This document shows, in pieces, positions 60,354-64,000 of a stretch of DNA of 64,000 nt. The stretch covers positions 640,001-704,000 of the forward strand of contig CM000207.1 in the NCBI GenBank assembly GCA_000002445.1. Reading direction: 5' to 3'. The notes below the pieces were generated by a model that saw only the letters and a list, made by a program, of their open reading frames with translations, was not told the origin of the DNA and made no database searches. Positions within the stretch are counted from its first letter, which is position 1. Each line of letters starts with the position of its first letter. The translations under genes and the position numbers were made by a program. The DNA comes from Trypanosoma brucei. Lineage: Eukaryota.

Positions 60354-60614
60354 ATGGTGTCTGCAACGGCAGTTCGTCGTTTTGGTTACGTTGGTGCGGC
60401 AGCAAACTGGCTTATACCCCTTGCTGCCATTGTTAATCTTCCTACGCGCAAACCCAGTGAGATTGACCCTCTGATGACCGGTGTTTTGGGAACGTACAGC
60501 GCAGTGTTTGTTCGATGGTCGATAGCCATCTCGCCACCAAATTATCCCTTGTTTTTATGTCACGCGACGAACTGCGTGGTGCAGGCCGCAACCCTTGTCC
60601 GAAAGGCAGTGTGA
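60354..60614 (+). CDS. MPC: Mitochondrial pyruvate carrier (MPC/UPF0041 family) subunit, 86 aa
   Basis: ATG 60354. MPC pattern: AANWLIPLAAIVNL...PSEIDPLMTGVLGTYSAVFVRWSIAISPPNYPLFLCHATNCVVQ (cf. NWG(I/L)P(I/L)AA...D...P..IS..MT.AL..YS..FMRFA..V.PRN.LLFACH.TN). Confidence 0.65.
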   Translation: MVSATAVRRFGYVGAAANWLIPLAAIVNLPTRKPSEIDPLMTGVLGTYSAVFVRWSIAISPPNYPLFLCHATNCVVQAATLVRKAV

Positions 60615-61837
60615 ATATAGGGTGTGCTGACTTGCGTAGTGAACACCGACGGTTCTTTCACTATATAAACCTCTAGGAATATAAGTTATCGTTTACATCC
60701 CTTTGTTGGGGCGACTCCCCCGTGAGAGGCAAAAGAGTGCATAAAGTCAGGAGACAGTGTGACGAATATTGAGTGAGATGAGTGTCTATATCCGACTTTC
60801 AGTGTTCCCTACCCATGCATGATTAAGACCGTAGCATCTGAGCATCTACCGTTATTAACTATGTGAAGATGGTTTGACGTATCCTTTGAGTGAAGCAAAA
60901 AGAAAAAAAAGAATCCCCCTTCTTACTTTAATGGCGGTGGCCTGCTCCAGCCGAGTGACTGGCTGTTCTCGGTTGAGTTACCTTTAAATGTTGTTTCCCC
61001 CCTCTATGCTAGTTGAAGTTGTGTACCGCAGATTTTTTGTAACTCACTGAAGGCTAAGGGAGTGACAACCGGGGAAACAGGTAAATATTCAACGTTGTCG
61101 GGTGGGGCTCCTGTATTATGTTACTGTCTGTAAGGACACTGGCGAAGATGCTTGTTTCATGAAATGGGTGGTGATATTGCAACGATCGGATGTTAGGCCG
61201 CTGAAGAGATTTGTCATTGCCGGAGGAGGGCGGCCTGGAAATTTTGTGCATGACATTTTTTGTGAGTTACCCTGACATTTTGTCGCTAATGTGACGTGTG
61301 ATTGTGCATTCCAGCGTGTAAATGTCAACGTGTATTTAGTCGCCGCTCGTTTTGCTAGACGCCAGCGCTGCATAGCTGCTTGCGCCAACGTCGAACATAT
61401 TCCCATTTGAAGGTAGTTTGCGGTGTCGAAGAGAAAAGTGTCCCTACCACTGGATCTGCTTTCGCCACGTGTGTTTGTGAATAATGAACGCGGCACTCTT
61501 CAGAAAGAAAAGTATTAAGCTGCTTCTACGTTCTGTTGTTTTTGACCCTGTTTGTTCGGAGGGGTGAAGTATGGGGCATACGGAGTGATGATTGGCTGTT
61601 ATGCAACGTTTTGTGAACTGTTGAGAGGGCATGTTCCTGTTACTTGGACTTTTCTTTAGCACTTTATCCTTGGGAGGGGTTTGCCAACCGCGTGCCTGTG
61701 GTCTTCAGCCGTGCATTTCTTTCCTCTTTCTTCAGCCTCATCGTTGTAGGGCGCTGACCAGGCAATATACAACTTTTAGGGAATTTTGCTCCAAGTAAAG
61801 ATTGAATATTGTGGAAAGAGGTTTTAACTGACCCACA

Positions 61838-63634
61838 ATGACCTGCGTAAAAGAGTTGTTGCAGCTTCCAACGGACGAGGTGCGCGCTTGTGTGTTTCCC
61901 CTTTCTGATGTAGAGGTTACTTTAGTCCTCTGTGAATTGGGAAAACTTCTGCAGAGATGGCTTTACGCCACGCGCTACAAGTTGGTTTCCTCATTCGAGG
62001 TATTTCTTCATTTATTTGTGCACGTAGCGGACAGAGAACCGAAAAGGATAGCCAACGCTTTCCTCGGTTCATGTAAAGAGGGCCAGCACCTGTCGTTGCT
62101 GGCAGATGTATGTGAAACCCTCTTCTCACCATCCCGGATTTCCCTTCTTGCTGAAGTGGACGTAGAGCTTTTCTTAACATTCTTAAAGTTCCTCTGTGAC
62201 ATTCCTGTATTGAAGGATCGGCTCGGTAATGTTCTGGTGAAGATTCTCCTGGAATTCCTCTCCGCTGCGGTGGAGCGCGATGGGGACTACCGTCAACCCC
62301 GAGCATGTGCAAGCGTGCTCATCACCCTCACACGTGGGTCAAAGGCAAACAAAGATCGTATGAAGGTGGAGTGCGACCGTTTGGGGGAGACCCTTGAAAA
62401 AACAACTGATGTCTATCTGCGACTTCAGTGTGTTGAGTTGCTGTTTCGACTTCACGTACACGACGGAACAATTTTAGCTACTTCCTCATTGTGTGGGCTA
62501 CTGAAGAGGGGTGTGCCAAAGCTTCCAAACGATGAGCATTTATTAACAAACATGCTGGTCTTGCTAGAGTCCTACGACGCTGACCGAGAGGTCCCACGAA
62601 TTCTGCAGTTTACAACAATCCTTGTTGAAGTGGACAGCATACAGGTATGTGGGCCCACGAAAATTTATTTTTCCCTATCTATGCTAGTAATTATGATGCC
62701 GGGGTACACCGGGGACAACATTACAATTCCATATGAGCATATCCGTTCTATGAAGCTAACTAGGGAACGTAAACTGGGACTTCGTTTGCACGTTGTTCCA
62801 CCGCAGCTGTCGGGTATCATGTCGTTTGAGGCGTTGAAGGACACGTTAACAGTTTCGTTAACGCAGGCGACGGTCGATGCCTTTCGCGCATCAGGTATTC
62901 GGGATTGGGTTGCTGCTAGAAAGAACTTTGCTCCTCTTGGAAGCGCTCGGGAGGTGAGGGACACTTCCACTAAGCTGTATGCGCTGTCGGTTCCAGAGAC
63001 GGAGAAACGTGGGAACACCGAAGGATACAATGCTGGTGAAGGGCGGGCTGCAAAACGGGACGAATTGGGGATGCCTTTCTTGGAAATCAAAGAGGAGGGG
63101 CACCCATCTGGTGGGGGAAGGGGGAACGGAGACATGGGGATGTTTCACGATCTTAATGAGGTCGCCACCAGCAAGGTTACGCGAATGCGCCAAGACTGCC
63201 GCCGGGAGCTTCAATCTGTGTTTCACTTCGCGGAGGAGGAGATAGAGAAGATGCGGCGAACAAACGCATCCGAACGTGATGCTTTCAACACTTCGTTGAA
63301 GGAAGACTTGATAATGATACGGCGCGTGGGGGCTCAAGTGAAAGCGAAAACTGCGGAGTGTGTCGAGTCACTTAACCAGGAGTTGACTGAGACTCAGGCT
63401 CTCGGTGAGCTTCTCAGGGATGAGCTGGGCAAGCTACAAGACAGCCTCACATCAGCGCTGCACAGCTCTGAGGAAGCTGAAGTGGGGCACCTTATTGAGC
63501 TAAAAACGTTGGTTGACGCAGAAATGAAATCTATTAAAGACAAGTTGATGAGGCTAGTTTCTTTAGCAGGGCCATTCCGGACGTTGGGAAACCACACTTT
63601 GCAGCGGGAGCCGGTGGCTGGTGCTAGCACATAG
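61838..63634 (+). CDS. Hypothetical protein with C-terminal coiled coil, 598 aa
   Basis: ATG 61838. Helical N-terminal two-thirds, coiled-coil C-terminus; same strand as neighbours. No recognised domain. Confidence 0.5.
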   Translation: MTCVKELLQLPTDEVRACVFPLSDVEVTLVLCELGKLLQRWLYATRYKLVSSFEVFLHLFVHVADREPKRIANAFLGSCKEGQHLSLLADVCETLFSPSRISLLAEVDVELFLTFLKFLCDIPVLKDRLGNVLVKILLEFLSAAVERDGDYRQPRACASVLITLTRGSKANKDRMKVECDRLGETLEKTTDVYLRLQCVELLFRLHVHDGTILATSSLCGLLKRGVPKLPNDEHLLTNMLVLLESYDADREVPRILQFTTILVEVDSIQVCGPTKIYFSLSMLVIMMPGYTGDNITIPYEHIRSMKLTRERKLGLRLHVVPPQLSGIMSFEALKDTLTVSLTQATVDAFRASGIRDWVAARKNFAPLGSAREVRDTSTKLYALSVPETEKRGNTEGYNAGEGRAAKRDELGMPFLEIKEEGHPSGGGRGNGDMGMFHDLNEVATSKVTRMRQDCRRELQSVFHFAEEEIEKMRRTNASERDAFNTSLKEDLIMIRRVGAQVKAKTAECVESLNQELTETQALGELLRDELGKLQDSLTSALHSSEEAEVGHLIELKTLVDAEMKSIKDKLMRLVSLAGPFRTLGNHTLQREPVAGAST

Positions 63635-64000
63635 AGAAGCGGCCTACAAGGCGGTCACGGAAGTCCCAACGCAGCTGTAACCGCCTTTCCTGTTAGAGGG
63701 AAAGTGTTATACCGCGTCCGGAATACAGGTAAGGCTTTTTTTGTTCATATTTTTATGCATATAAATGTGCTTATTTTACGCAAATGACTTGTTTCTCCGC
63801 GTCAGTATGGGCAGTTGCGTGCGTAAAGTGTCTCGCAGCGCTATTTCCTTTCTGCACGTGTTGCGGCGACATGTTTCCTACGACTTTCTTGTCTCCCGCT
63901 TTTTTTTCTTGCAAATAACGACGATGATTATGGTTGCTACTGTTGATGCTGTTTTTTCCCCTACGGCGCTTACTTCGTAACCACACACAAAGGGGCAAAG

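Noticed and set aside
1-64000. Prokaryote-style features (CRISPR arrays, defence-island operons, sigma-70 promoters, rho-independent terminators)
   Set aside because: Gene content (kinesin, RAE1, CWC21, ENGase, enkurin, trans-splicing-type polypyrimidine tracts, unidirectional polycistron) is eukaryotic/kinetoplastid, and no short direct-repeat/spacer arrays were seen.
1-64000. tRNA, rRNA, spliced-leader or 7SL RNA genes
   Set aside because: I searched by eye for the tRNA T-arm GGTTCGA(A/T)TCC and for the spliced-leader sequence AACGCTATTATTAGAACAGTTTCTGTAC and found neither. I cannot exclude small ncRNAs without a covariance-model scan.

Overview
This window reads as a chromosome-internal (core) region of a trypanosomatid genome, most likely an African trypanosome of the Trypanosoma brucei type. 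That assignment is inferred from gene content and rests on my recollection of T. brucei PPX1, 1-C-Grx1 with a CAYS site and FUT1; it is unverified. The ORF track translates TTG/GTG/CTG starts as M, so every CDS below was re-anchored by hand to the first in-frame ATG.

About 33 protein-coding genes lie head-to-tail on the + strand from 2.4 kb to 63.6 kb with no strand switch, i.e. a single directional polycistronic gene cluster. The long minus-strand ORFs are antisense mirrors of + strand genes and are rejected.

Recognisable products include exopolyphosphatase PPX1 (DHH family), a SERF-like micro-protein, a twin-Cx9C (CHCH) protein, an RluA-type pseudouridine synthase, a tandem-GNAT acetyltransferase, thioredoxin (WCGPCK), an enkurin-domain protein, a three-domain PPPDE-PUB-GH85 protein (endo-beta-N-acetylglucosaminidase), a cyclophilin, a UBA-CCCH-CUE-Smr protein, a catalytically dead ArsC/LMW-PTP-like protein, CWC21, an LSm-like protein, a CAYS-type monothiol glutaredoxin, a GT11 fucosyltransferase, a BSD-domain protein, a SAM-domain kinesin-13, an EEP-family (nocturnin/CCR4-like) nuclease, RAE1/Gle2 and a mitochondrial pyruvate carrier.

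Three structural features stand out. (1) A >=1.6-kb inverted repeat (1..1615 and 49746..51353, roughly 98-99% identical by eye) brackets the 48-kb gene block, and the left copy runs off the window edge. (2) A degenerate non-LTR retrotransposon with an RT domain (FADD motif) lies at about 52.4-55.4 kb. (3) Two 358-bp essentially identical direct repeats (55989..56346 and 58826..59183) flank a 2.5-kb segment carrying RAE1 and one small ORF.

No tRNA, rRNA, CRISPR array or prokaryote-style operon was recognised.
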